64,000 bases of DNA from Methanomicrobiales archaeon (GTDB lineage: Archaea; Halobacteriota; Methanomicrobia; Methanomicrobiales; Methanospirillaceae), in assembly GCA_037137755.1 (NCBI GenBank), contig JBAXJR010000001.1:64001-128000 (forward strand), read 5' to 3'. Positions 55,186 to 64,000 of the stretch are shown here, piece after piece. Under the pieces are notes generated by a model, which had not been told where the DNA came from, did not search any database, and saw only the letters and a program-made list of their open reading frames with translations. A program made the position numbers and the translations under genes. Numbering within the stretch: position 1 is the stretch's first letter; each line of letters opens with the position of its first letter.

Positions 55186-57336
55186 ATGCCGCGTCGTACA
55201 AGGAATGAACTATCGAGCCAGAAGACCCCTGCCCGGGTACAGGGATCCCATTATATCAACCGTGAAATTGGCTGGATATGGTTCAACCGTCATGTCCTTG
55301 ATGAGGTATCTGATACCAGGCACCCCTTACTTGAACGGGTCAAGTTCCTTTCCATATTTGCAAACAATCTTGATGAATTTTTTATGATCCGGGTCTCCGG
55401 TCTCCAGAGACAGGTGGAAAGCGGTGTCCTTGAGGCACCTCCTGACGGGATGAGCCCCATGGAACAACTGTCAGCAATACATGGTCTTCTGGCCCCCCTT
55501 CTTTCTGCACAGTGCAGGTACTGGGAGTGCGACCTTGTACCGGCATTGAAGGCTGAAGGTATCGAAATACTGCCTTTCAATGCTCTTTCAGACGAGGAAC
55601 GGTTATGTATGCGGGAATATTACGAGCATGAGATATTTCCGGTTCTGACCCCGCTTGCGTTCGATAAGTCCCACCCGTTTCCTTTTATTTCAAATCTCTC
55701 GCTGAACCTCGCTATCGTAGTGAGAGACCCCTCTAAAAAGGAGGAACTCTTTGCGCGGATTAAAGTGCCAACTGACCTATTTCCACGGCTTATACGTATT
55801 CCTTCGCAAAAAAATGATGATAAACAAGGGAAACCGGCAGAAAAATACGTGTTTCTTGAGGACCTCGTAGCTGCCTGCCTCGATCGGCTTTTCCCGGGCA
55901 TGGAAATTGTTGCGGCCTATCCCTTCAGGGTAACGCGTGACGCAGATTTTGAGATAGAAGAAGACGAAGCATCAGACCTGTTAACGGCAATTGAAGAAAG
56001 TGTTGAATTGCGTCGTATAGGCTCTCCGGTAAGAATAGAGGTATCTTCGGCCATGCCGGCCGGTATATGTGAAATGCTGTCATTAAAACTTGGGATAAGC
56101 ATGGACATGTTCTACCAGGTTGAACCGCCTGTCGGGATGGCAGAGTTAATGCAGCTCTTCGGTCTCGACCGGCCCGACTTAAAGGACCCGACCTTTGTTC
56201 AGGCAGTACCGTCATCGCTTGAAGGGGATGCCGACATTTTTGCCCAGATTCACAAGGGGGATATCCTGCTTTTTCATCCCTACGATAGTTTCTCCCCGGT
56301 GGTATCGTTCTTAAAACAGGCTGCAAAAGACCCGGATGTCCTCGCTATTAAAATGACCCTCTACCGCGTTGGCCCGAATTCCCCGGTAGTCGATGCCCTG
56401 ATGGAAGCGCGGGATAACGGCAAGGATGTCGCCGCGATGATCGAATTAAAGGCCCGTTTTGACGAGGAAAATAATATAGGGTGGGCAAGGGCACTGGAAA
56501 GGGCAGGTGTCCACGTGGTATACGGGCTTTCCGGGCTAAAAGTACATAGCAAGGTCTGCATGGTTGTCCGGAAGGAGAAACAGGGTATCACACGGTATGT
56601 CCACCTGGGTACCGGGAACTATAACGCCTCTACAAGCCGGATTTATACCGATCTCGGACTCTTCACGCGGGATAATGTAATAGGTGCCGATGTTGCAGAC
56701 CTTTTTAATGCTCTCACCGGGTATTCGAGGGTTCATTCATACCGTTCCCTCCTGGTCGCACCAGTCAGTATCAGGAAAGGCCTTTTTCAACGGATAGAGC
56801 GCGAAATAGAGTTACACCGGAAAAACGGTGGAGGTCATATCATGTTCAAGATAAATGCCCTGGTAGACCGGGACTGCATCGATATCCTATACCAGGCTTC
56901 AGAAGCTGGTGTCAGGGTAGACCTGCAGGTGCGGGGTATCTGTTGTCTCCGGCCCGGTGTCCCCGGCCTTAGCGAAAATATACGGGTTTCATGTATCGTC
57001 GGACGTTTCCTGGAACATCCGCGTATTTTTTACTTTTGGAATAATGGTGAAGAAGAAGTATTCCTCGGGAGTGCTGACCTTATGCCGCGAAACCTAGACC
57101 GACGCGTTGAGGTTATTTTCCCGGTTAACGATCAGGTTATCAGGCGATCTATTATCGATACCATCCTGAAGGTATACATGAGAGACACGGTGAATATGCG
57201 CATATTAAACCCGGACGGCAATTATACCAGGGTACGGCCCTTGCAGGGGGAGACGCCATGCGATGCCCAGTCCTGGCTGATCTCGCGCCGGGGTATTTGG
57301 CATGAAAAAGCCAGGAAAACTTCTAAAAAGAAGTAG
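55186..57336 (+). CDS. ppk1: Polyphosphate kinase 1
   Basis: NLDEFFMIRV, HPYDSF, ELKARFDE, KVHSK, GTGNYN, GRFLEH and RNLDRRVE motifs. Confidence 0.96.
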   Translation: MPRRTRNELSSQKTPARVQGSHYINREIGWIWFNRHVLDEVSDTRHPLLERVKFLSIFANNLDEFFMIRVSGLQRQVESGVLEAPPDGMSPMEQLSAIHGLLAPLLSAQCRYWECDLVPALKAEGIEILPFNALSDEERLCMREYYEHEIFPVLTPLAFDKSHPFPFISNLSLNLAIVVRDPSKKEELFARIKVPTDLFPRLIRIPSQKNDDKQGKPAEKYVFLEDLVAACLDRLFPGMEIVAAYPFRVTRDADFEIEEDEASDLLTAIEESVELRRIGSPVRIEVSSAMPAGICEMLSLKLGISMDMFYQVEPPVGMAELMQLFGLDRPDLKDPTFVQAVPSSLEGDADIFAQIHKGDILLFHPYDSFSPVVSFLKQAAKDPDVLAIKMTLYRVGPNSPVVDALMEARDNGKDVAAMIELKARFDEENNIGWARALERAGVHVVYGLSGLKVHSKVCMVVRKEKQGITRYVHLGTGNYNASTSRIYTDLGLFTRDNVIGADVADLFNALTGYSRVHSYRSLLVAPVSIRKGLFQRIEREIELHRKNGGGHIMFKINALVDRDCIDILYQASEAGVRVDLQVRGICCLRPGVPGLSENIRVSCIVGRFLEHPRIFYFWNNGEEEVFLGSADLMPRNLDRRVEVIFPVNDQVIRRSIIDTILKVYMRDTVNMRILNPDGNYTRVRPLQGETPCDAQSWLISRRGIWHEKARKTSKKK

Positions 57337-57451
57337 CGGTGCTCGTGTGTTAAACAGGCGCGTATATTGTTCCCGGGATCACTTTCGCACCGCGGTGAAA
57401 AGGTTAATCGCCGCAAACACGAATCTCTTTCTATAAAATTTCCGGACAACC

Positions 57452-57928
57452 ATGATTGTACTAGGTATTGACCCAGGCCTTGCACGTCTGGGATATGGGG
57501 TGATAGAGAAGACGGGTAACAGGGCTATCCATATCACCCATGGCTGCATCACCACAAGTGCGGAAGATCTGTCTGCCGGTACAAGGCTCAATCATCTTTA
57601 CGGGGGACTGAAAGACCTGTTTTTGGAACACCGCCCGGAGCGTGCGGCAGTAGAAAAATTGTTTTTCTCTAAAAATATCACGTCAGCGATGGGTGTAGCG
57701 GAAGTCCGTGGGATCATCCTCCTCATTTGCGAACAGGAGGGGGTCCCTGTGACTGAATATACGCCGAACCAGGTGAAACAGGCGATAACAGGGTCGGGAC
57801 GCGCGGACAAGAAACAGGTGCAGGAGATGATCCGACGCCTCCTCCATCTGCAGGAAATCCCAAGGCCAGATGATGCCGCAGACGGCCTGTCCCTTGCGCT
57901 CTGTCATATCCATACCATGAGGGCATAG
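57452..57928 (+). CDS. ruvC: Holliday junction resolvase RuvC
   Basis: LGIDPG, EKLFF, EYTPNQVK, GRADKKQV and DDAADGL motifs. Confidence 0.95.
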   Translation: MIVLGIDPGLARLGYGVIEKTGNRAIHITHGCITTSAEDLSAGTRLNHLYGGLKDLFLEHRPERAAVEKLFFSKNITSAMGVAEVRGIILLICEQEGVPVTEYTPNQVKQAITGSGRADKKQVQEMIRRLLHLQEIPRPDDAADGLSLALCHIHTMRA

Positions 57929-58063
57929 CGCAATGATCACTCCTTCCCGCACGGTTCACACCCACCCTGGCATGCCTCAATTGAGATTAACCGGGATATC
58001 ACTCTCCCCTTCTGACGGGTGCAGGTATGCCGTGGTTGTTCCACAGACCGGGGGGTGCTATCT

Positions 58064-58669
58064 GTGATATCGCAACTTTTTGGGGAAATTGTTGCAACCG
58101 GGGATGGATTCGTAGTAATGGATGTGGGAGGTGTAGGGTACCGGGTACATATGACAACAACCGATGTTGTCTGCCTTTCCGGGTCTTCGGGAAAGAAGAG
58201 AGTACACACCCACCTCATTGTCAGGGAGGACGCACTTTCACTGTACGGATTTTCTGATACCTTCGACCTCGAAGTGTTCCTGCTCCTCATCGCGGTGAAC
58301 CGGGTCGGCCCCCAGCTCGCCCTCTCCATCCTTTCGCAGCTCCCGGCAGAGGAATTTGTCCAGGCTGTTACCGGGGAGGACGAAAAAAGGTTGACAAGGC
58401 TCTCCGGGATTGGTCCGAGGAACGCGAAAAGACTAATCCTCGAATTAAAAGACCGGATGAATGAGCGTCTCACTGTTGTCATTTCCGGGGCCCCGGGGGC
58501 CCCTGGCAACATCAGGGAAGACGTCGCGGAAGCCCTGGTTGCACTGGGTTTCCCATCGCGGGAATCCTATGATGCCGTCGATGAGATTTGCAGAAGGACA
58601 GAATCCGCTGATTCGCAGGTATTGCTGAAGGCCTCACTCTCGTTCCTGAAAGAGAGGAAAAAGATATGA
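58064..58669 (+). CDS. ruvA: Holliday junction branch migration protein RuvA
   Basis: [38 protein letters not shown] and ALVALGF motifs; GTG start after GGGGGTG. Confidence 0.93.
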   Translation: MISQLFGEIVATGDGFVVMDVGGVGYRVHMTTTDVVCLSGSSGKKRVHTHLIVREDALSLYGFSDTFDLEVFLLLIAVNRVGPQLALSILSQLPAEEFVQAVTGEDEKRLTRLSGIGPRNAKRLILELKDRMNERLTVVISGAPGAPGNIREDVAEALVALGFPSRESYDAVDEICRRTESADSQVLLKASLSFLKERKKI

Positions 58670-59658
58670 GGGAACGGGTGATCGAGGCTGTTGTGCCCGG
58701 CGATGACGTGATCGAAGAGACAATCAGGCCGTCAAAACTGAAAGACTTTATCGGCCAGGATGGCTTAAAAGAAACGCTTTCCATTGCCATTGAAGCGGCA
58801 CAGAAACGAAAAAAACCACTTGACCATATCCTGCTTTCAGGTCCCCCCGGCCTTGGTAAGACAACACTGGCCCATATTATCGCCCATGAGATGGGTACTG
58901 GTATCCACTCCACAAGTGGCCCGGTTCTGGAAAAGCAGGGGGATCTCGCAGCTATTCTGACAACCCTTTCGAAAGGCGATGTCCTTTTTATCGATGAAGT
59001 ACACCGCCTCAGCCCGGTTGTAGAAGAAGTGCTGTACCCGGCAATGGAAGATCTCGCTATTGATGTCATGATAGGCGAAGGTCCTGGTGCCCGGTCTATA
59101 CGCCTTGATATTGAGCACTTCACGCTGATCGGGGCAACCACGAAGATCGGACTCCTTGGTTCGCCGTTCCGGGACCGCTTTGGCCTGATATCCCGTCTCA
59201 ACCTATACACTCCCGCAGAACTTGCAGAAGTCATCCTGCGGAGTGCAGGTATCATGCAGGTCAGTATCACTGAGGATGCCGCCCGCGAGATAGCCGGCAG
59301 GAGCAGGGGGACACCAAGGATAGCAAACCGTCTGCTTCGCCGTGTCGGGGATTTTGCGTTAGTACGAAGCGACGGAACCATAACCAGGGAGGTGGCATCG
59401 CATGCCCTTACCCTGCTGGGTATTGATGCGCTGGGCCTTGACGACCTTGACCGGAGAATCCTGACCGTCATTTCAGATGATTTCAAGGGCGGTCCGGTCG
59501 GGCTCAAAACAATTGCTATATCAGTCGGTGAGGAATCGAGGACAATTGAAGATGTGTACGAACCGTTCCTGATTCAGATAGGGTTTATTAAACGGACCCC
59601 CCAGGGAAGGGAGACGACACCGGCAGCCGGAAAGCATCTCCATCAGCAATGGTGGTGA
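58666..59658 (+). CDS. ruvB: Holliday junction helicase RuvB
   Basis: [34 protein letters not shown] and RTPQGR motifs. Confidence 0.96.
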   Translation: MRERVIEAVVPGDDVIEETIRPSKLKDFIGQDGLKETLSIAIEAAQKRKKPLDHILLSGPPGLGKTTLAHIIAHEMGTGIHSTSGPVLEKQGDLAAILTTLSKGDVLFIDEVHRLSPVVEEVLYPAMEDLAIDVMIGEGPGARSIRLDIEHFTLIGATTKIGLLGSPFRDRFGLISRLNLYTPAELAEVILRSAGIMQVSITEDAAREIAGRSRGTPRIANRLLRRVGDFALVRSDGTITREVASHALTLLGIDALGLDDLDRRILTVISDDFKGGPVGLKTIAISVGEESRTIEDVYEPFLIQIGFIKRTPQGRETTPAAGKHLHQQWW

Positions 59659-59868
59659 CGGCATTTTTTTTACCTGAAAAGAAGACATTTTTTGCGGCAA
59701 ATCAAGAAAAATAGGGGTTATTGTATTTCTTCCCAGCACAGGAGGCTGGTTGTATCAACCAGAAGGAGGAGAGGTGCGCTGGTTTGGGACACTAGGGGGC
59801 CCTGTAGTCATGATTTCATGGTATTACCTCCATACTGTGCATTTTCTGGTCCATCTGAAGGACTATTT

Positions 59869-60141
59869 TTAAAAGATAGCCACAGATACTTCCGAAATAT
59901 CTCCGGGTTCATTCATCCCCCTGGCAATCGATTGAGCCAATACGCCGGATGCCAGGGCAAAGAAAGCCCACCTCCTCTCCGGTTCCGTTGTTGAGAGGGA
60001 GAACGTGAGGACATCAGGATTATTATTTACCATCCTGGCGATTGCACGCCATTTTTTAATTTCCCTGTTTTGATCTGATACCTGGTCAGGGATTGTTCCC
60101 TGCCCGGGTAGTTCATCTGGTTCTTCTGTCAGGTCAGGCAT
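59869..60141 (-). CDS. Hypothetical protein (90 aa)
   Basis: GGTGA RBS and TATA-like upstream region; divergent from the HTH-PAS gene. Confidence 0.55.
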   Translation of the reverse strand: MPDLTEEPDELPGQGTIPDQVSDQNREIKKWRAIARMVNNNPDVLTFSLSTTEPERRWAFFALASGVLAQSIARGMNEPGDISEVSVAIF

Positions 60142-60337
60142 GGCATTTCACCGTTTACTACTATACACAATCTATTTTTATAATATATATATCTTTGTTG
60201 TTTTGTATAGCATTTAATTAATATATTATTGTAATGCATATACATCATATGATAATGCATTACATTGTGTTCTTTGTTTGTACATCGGAAGGGTGCATTT
60301 TCAAGATCAAGGAGAGATCCGGGCCAGGTGTTTATTA

Positions 60338-60895
60338 ATGCTGAAAGAGAAGGAACGAGAAAGATCGCGATTTATTGAAATACTACAAGAACATCCCCGT
60401 GGTTTAACAATTGAAGAAATTTCCCACCTCCTGCCCCTTAACCGTAACGCGACATCAAAATACCTGAACCGTATGCTTATTTCAGGCCAGGTTGAGATGA
60501 AGACATTTGGTCCGGCGAAAGTATTTTTTGTCTCGAAGAGGGTACCGATTTCCCAGCTCCTCAACCTGAGCTCAGACCTGATCCTGGTACTGGACCATGA
60601 AATGTTTGTACGGCATGTGAATGACCGGTTACTTGATATTTTCCAGGTGCAACGTTCAGATATCCTCGTTCATCATCTCGACCATACGAATTTTGGAACC
60701 TGCATCAGCCCGGAATTCCGCCAGCAGATCAGCGAGGGCGAAAATGGGAATGAATGTGCTCTTGAGGAAAAAATCGCCATCCATGGGCATACATGGCAAT
60801 TTTATGCCAAATGTGTCCCCGTTGTATTCGAAGAGGGGGAGCGCGGCGTATCGGTAATTCTCCGCGATGTCACCGTTTCGAAAGTTCTTTCCTGA
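60338..60895 (+). CDS. wHTH plus PAS domain one-component regulator
   Basis: PRGLTIEEIS..LNRNATSKYL..FGPAKVF (HTH) followed by DLILVLD..VN..G.SVILRDVT (PAS). Confidence 0.85.
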   Translation: MLKEKERERSRFIEILQEHPRGLTIEEISHLLPLNRNATSKYLNRMLISGQVEMKTFGPAKVFFVSKRVPISQLLNLSSDLILVLDHEMFVRHVNDRLLDIFQVQRSDILVHHLDHTNFGTCISPEFRQQISEGENGNECALEEKIAIHGHTWQFYAKCVPVVFEEGERGVSVILRDVTVSKVLS

Positions 60896-60913
60896 TCGAC
60901 CATATTTCCTGTA

Positions 60914-61164
60914 TGGTCAATCATCCTTGCGTTTCTTTAGCGGTTGCAATCAGCAGGGAATACTGTTCCCGGTTGAGGAACATAGTGATACTCTCAGAAC
61001 TTTGCGGCATCCCGGTCACTATCGGGGGGATCTTCCTCCCCTATTTTCTCGATGTCCCTTCCGGAGCAAGGATTATCCTGGTAGCTGCCGGATTGTACGG
61101 ACTCGTGCTGATAGAACGGGGATTGCGGAAAAATAAACGCAGAATTATTCCAGGGAACACCTGA
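60914..61164 (+). pseudogene. Remnant 3' end of a ZnuB/MntB-type metal ABC permease
   Basis: AISREYCSRLRNIVILS..GIFLPYFLDVPSGARIILV resembles the ABC-3 C-terminus; no start or N-terminal part. Confidence 0.6.
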
Positions 61165-61213
61165 ACATTTTTTTTGGTACTCTCCCGCACGGGAGAACAA
61201 ATAGTGCCTGCTA

Positions 61214-62812
61214 TCAGGGAGTTGTTGTCCCGGGATTTGAATCGGACCGGACGATACTATGCTCCAGTTTCAGGCCGAATGCCCGTTCAAAATTTTTTGC
61301 CTCGTTATCTACACCCCACGACTCAAACTGGCAGTCTTCCCGGGCCACAATTTCCAGTTCAGCTGTTTTTTCAATAATCCTGGTGAAGTACACCCGTTCG
61401 ATAAGCGCAGCATGTCGCCGGTCAAGGCTCTCAGAAAGGCGAAGGAACGTTGAGAGAATAGTTACCATTTCTTTCCCATGCTCATCAAGTTCAGGCATCT
61501 CGACCTCCTTTTTCTTTGGAAGTTTCTTCCGGTGATACCGGGCGATGTTCGCCATGATCAGGACTTCATCAGGTTCAAACCCGAGGAGGTCACTATTCCT
61601 GATAATGTAATAGGAGTGGGCGTGGTGGTTATTAAACGAGATCAGCGACCCTATATCGTGTAAAAATGATGCATATTCAAGAAGTTCCCTTTCGCGGGTA
61701 CCCAGCGAATGAAGACCCACCGTCTTGGCGCTGTCAAACAGCTCGAGTGCAATAGTTGAAACAGTCCTTGCATGGTACTCGTTGATACCAAATGCCCTTC
61801 CCGTCAGTAGCACGCTTTTCTCCCGGACTGACAGATGGCCAAGAAGAGGGAACCCCTCCATTTTTGAAAGATAATCCGCGAGGAGACCGTCCTGGAGCCC
61901 TCTCTGTGTGACTTCAAGCGTCTGGATGTTCAGTTCCTTCATAAGCGTGTCAATGATGGCAGTCCCGGCAATAATAATATCTGCCCGTTCAGGATTGATC
62001 CCTGGTATTTTACGGCGCTCTGACAATGACAAGGAACAAATGATCGGGACTGTCTTTTTAAGGTCTGATGCGGTAAGGGCGGTCCTTTTAGGGTCACCGG
62101 CATGGAACAACCGTGCTGCAATATCGCAAAGGTTTATAATCGTCCCGGAACTTCCGACGACCATGTCGACGGGATGACGTCCTGCCTGACGTACAACTGC
62201 CCTGGCTTCATCCCTGATATAGTTCCGTATCTCTTCATAGCGGTATCCACTGACGGGTTCTACCACGCTTTCGGGAAAGAACATGTTCGTCAGCCTGATA
62301 GTACCGAGGTGCATGCTTGACAGGTAGCTGCAGGCACCCCTCCCTCCTATCGCAACTTCGGTGCTGCCACCCCCGATATCAATAACCATGATTTGTTCGT
62401 TTTCCAGGTGCATCGCAGAAGTGACACCCATGAAAATCAGGCGTGCTTCCTCCCTGCCGGAGATTACCTGTACATCCAGGTGTGCCTCTTTCCTGAGCCT
62501 GGAAAGGAACTCGTACCTGTTCTGGGCTTCCCGTGTTGCGGAAGTGGCAACTGCTACAAATTCTTCGGCGCGAAACGAGTGTGCCAGTTCGACAAATTTA
62601 CCTGCGACCATGACTGCCCTGTCCATGGCCTCCCCGGTTATGAACCCGGTTTCAAATTCCCCTTCGCCCAGCCGTACTGCTTCCTTCTGGCTCGTAAGTA
62701 CGATATACGAGCAATCAGGGTTCAGCCTTACAACAAACAACCTGATAGAATTTGTACCGATGTCAATGAATGCAACGATCCGTGATACCTGTGGCGTCTT
62801 CGTTCCAGTCAT
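61214..62812 (-). CDS. ppx: Exopolyphosphatase Ppx/GppA family with HD domain
   Basis: IDIGTNSIR, ATSATREA, ISGREEAR, DIGGGSTE, RADII and LHDIG motifs. Confidence 0.94.
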   Translation of the reverse strand: MTGTKTPQVSRIVAFIDIGTNSIRLFVVRLNPDCSYIVLTSQKEAVRLGEGEFETGFITGEAMDRAVMVAGKFVELAHSFRAEEFVAVATSATREAQNRYEFLSRLRKEAHLDVQVISGREEARLIFMGVTSAMHLENEQIMVIDIGGGSTEVAIGGRGACSYLSSMHLGTIRLTNMFFPESVVEPVSGYRYEEIRNYIRDEARAVVRQAGRHPVDMVVGSSGTIINLCDIAARLFHAGDPKRTALTASDLKKTVPIICSLSLSERRKIPGINPERADIIIAGTAIIDTLMKELNIQTLEVTQRGLQDGLLADYLSKMEGFPLLGHLSVREKSVLLTGRAFGINEYHARTVSTIALELFDSAKTVGLHSLGTRERELLEYASFLHDIGSLISFNNHHAHSYYIIRNSDLLGFEPDEVLIMANIARYHRKKLPKKKEVEMPELDEHGKEMVTILSTFLRLSESLDRRHAALIERVYFTRIIEKTAELEIVAREDCQFESWGVDNEAKNFERAFGLKLEHSIVRSDSNPGTTTP

Positions 62813-63093
62813 ACTCTATCCATCGGTCGATTATTCGCAAGCGTTCTCGAATTGCTTTTGTCATATCCCACGTGCTAGTATTTGACGAAAAATCTTTTCT
62901 GCAGGATATATCGTGTTTCGTTTGGATTTTAACAAACTGAACTTTTTTCCCCGGGATTTCCGGCGATTTGGTAGTATAAGGAATCAGTTTTGCCGATCGG
63001 TCCGTTTACCAGCTGTTTAAATGATTTGTATTCAGGGGATAATAATATGAGGATCCGTATACCGCTGATTTTTTGGGGGAGTCAAGGCCTGTA

Positions 63094-63999
63094 TCAGGAA
63101 ACCGGGCATTGTTTCTCAACCCTGCACTGCATGCACAATCCAATCGTGCCTGCGACCACCAGGCACAATGACGCTGTTATGAGAAATGCTGTCAGGAATC
63201 CAAGTAATTCAGCTATAAATGTGACGAAAAACGGAATAATTGTCATCCCAAGGTAACTTGATGTATTAAAGAGCCCCATGAAGGTCCCCTGTTCCTTTCC
63301 GGCATCAGCGAGAAAAGCGAGCTGGGCAATCATAATGATTCCAGCAAATGCCCCAATGACAATAAATGCCCAGGAAGTAACGTAACTGGCTATCACCGCT
63401 GCCGCAGAGAAAATGGCGGCTATGCGGATTGTCGGGATCGGGGCAAATTTCATCCTGGACACTAAGAGGATTGCAATCGCGGTAGCACCATTCATCGCAG
63501 CGATCTGGAGACCTATCGTATCAGGACTGTTGCCACTGAATTGCGGGTACAGGGCTGTCACTGCGCCGGTAATACCGATCAGGACCAACGAGGAAAACCA
63601 CATCCAGAAGAATTTTTTCAGGTTAACGACCAGGTTTCTTACTACAGGAACAGCCTTAGGCATAGGATAGGTGACTTTCCGCCCGTCGAATGGTCCGATA
63701 ATGCTGATAATAAATGGAATTATCGAAACAACCATGAAAAGCATTATCCCGGCAGACCTGGTACCCAAAGCCGTACTTGCCAGGCCGGATATAATAAGGC
63801 CTGCAATAAGTCCGATATTTAACAAGGCCATGAAAACCCCGATTGATCGCGTATGATCAGCACGTGAGTTAATATACGACATCGCGGAAGCAATAAAAAG
63901 GCCTGCACCTGCCCCCTCTATCAACCTGGCGAAGATTGTCATATTCACCGACGAATCCATGAGGAGGAGAATGCCGGAAACGATTGTCAGCAGGAGCCC
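63094..63999 (-). CDS. MFS transporter; 5' end lies outside the window
   Basis: ARLIEGAGAG MFS motif and multiple TM segments; frame is open to the window end. Confidence 0.85.
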   Translation of the reverse strand, partial: GLLLTIVSGILLLMDSSVNMTIFARLIEGAGAGLFIASAMSYINSRADHTRSIGVFMALLNIGLIAGLIISGLASTALGTRSAGIMLFMVVSIIPFIISIIGPFDGRKVTYPMPKAVPVVRNLVVNLKKFFWMWFSSLVLIGITGAVTALYPQFSGNSPDTIGLQIAAMNGATAIAILLVSRMKFAPIPTIRIAAIFSAAAVIASYVTSWAFIVIGAFAGIIMIAQLAFLADAGKEQGTFMGLFNTSSYLGMTIIPFFVTFIAELLGFLTAFLITASLCLVVAGTIGLCMQCRVEKQCPVS

Positions 64000-64000
64000 G

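Noticed and set aside
58512-59507. 331-aa antisense ORF over ruvB, and many similar shadow ORFs over ileS, gyrA, the acyl-CoA synthetase and ALDH
   Set aside because: They lie wholly antisense to well-conserved genes, have Ser/Arg/Pro-rich low-information sequence and carry no motifs.

Overview
Chromosomal, mostly housekeeping segment of a methanogenic euryarchaeon, most likely Methanomicrobiales. This is inferred from TBP/TFS, fae-hps, mptE, archaeosortase A, Hef, an intron-containing tRNA-Trp and bacterial-type gyrase. It holds about 55 protein genes, including ileS, thg1, truD, pth2, glyS, nikR plus an ECF Ni/Co transporter, gyrBA, hef, a purine-nucleoside salvage pair, tandem DUF47-PiT pairs, nth, pyrH, ppk1, ruvCAB and ppx. 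There are four intact tRNAs: Lys-CTT, Trp-CCA with a C/D-box intron, Ala-GGC and Pro-TGG. I saw no CRISPR array, integrase or transposase. The most unusual signal is a decayed, intron-containing tRNA-Ala(GGC) copy (46176-46253). It retains a recognisable bulge-helix-bulge, its 5' half can refold into two new hairpins, and it sits between the promoter and the intact intronless tRNA-Ala(GGC). Also notable are a bacterial ruvCAB operon with a structured spacer that can hide the ruvA RBS, a diverged DUF47/PiT duplicate, a translationally coupled DHH-mptE-radical SAM operon, a ~1 kb intergenic region rich in hairpins, an orphan HNH gene, and a metal-ABC permease remnant. All product calls come from motif recognition by eye; no searches were run.
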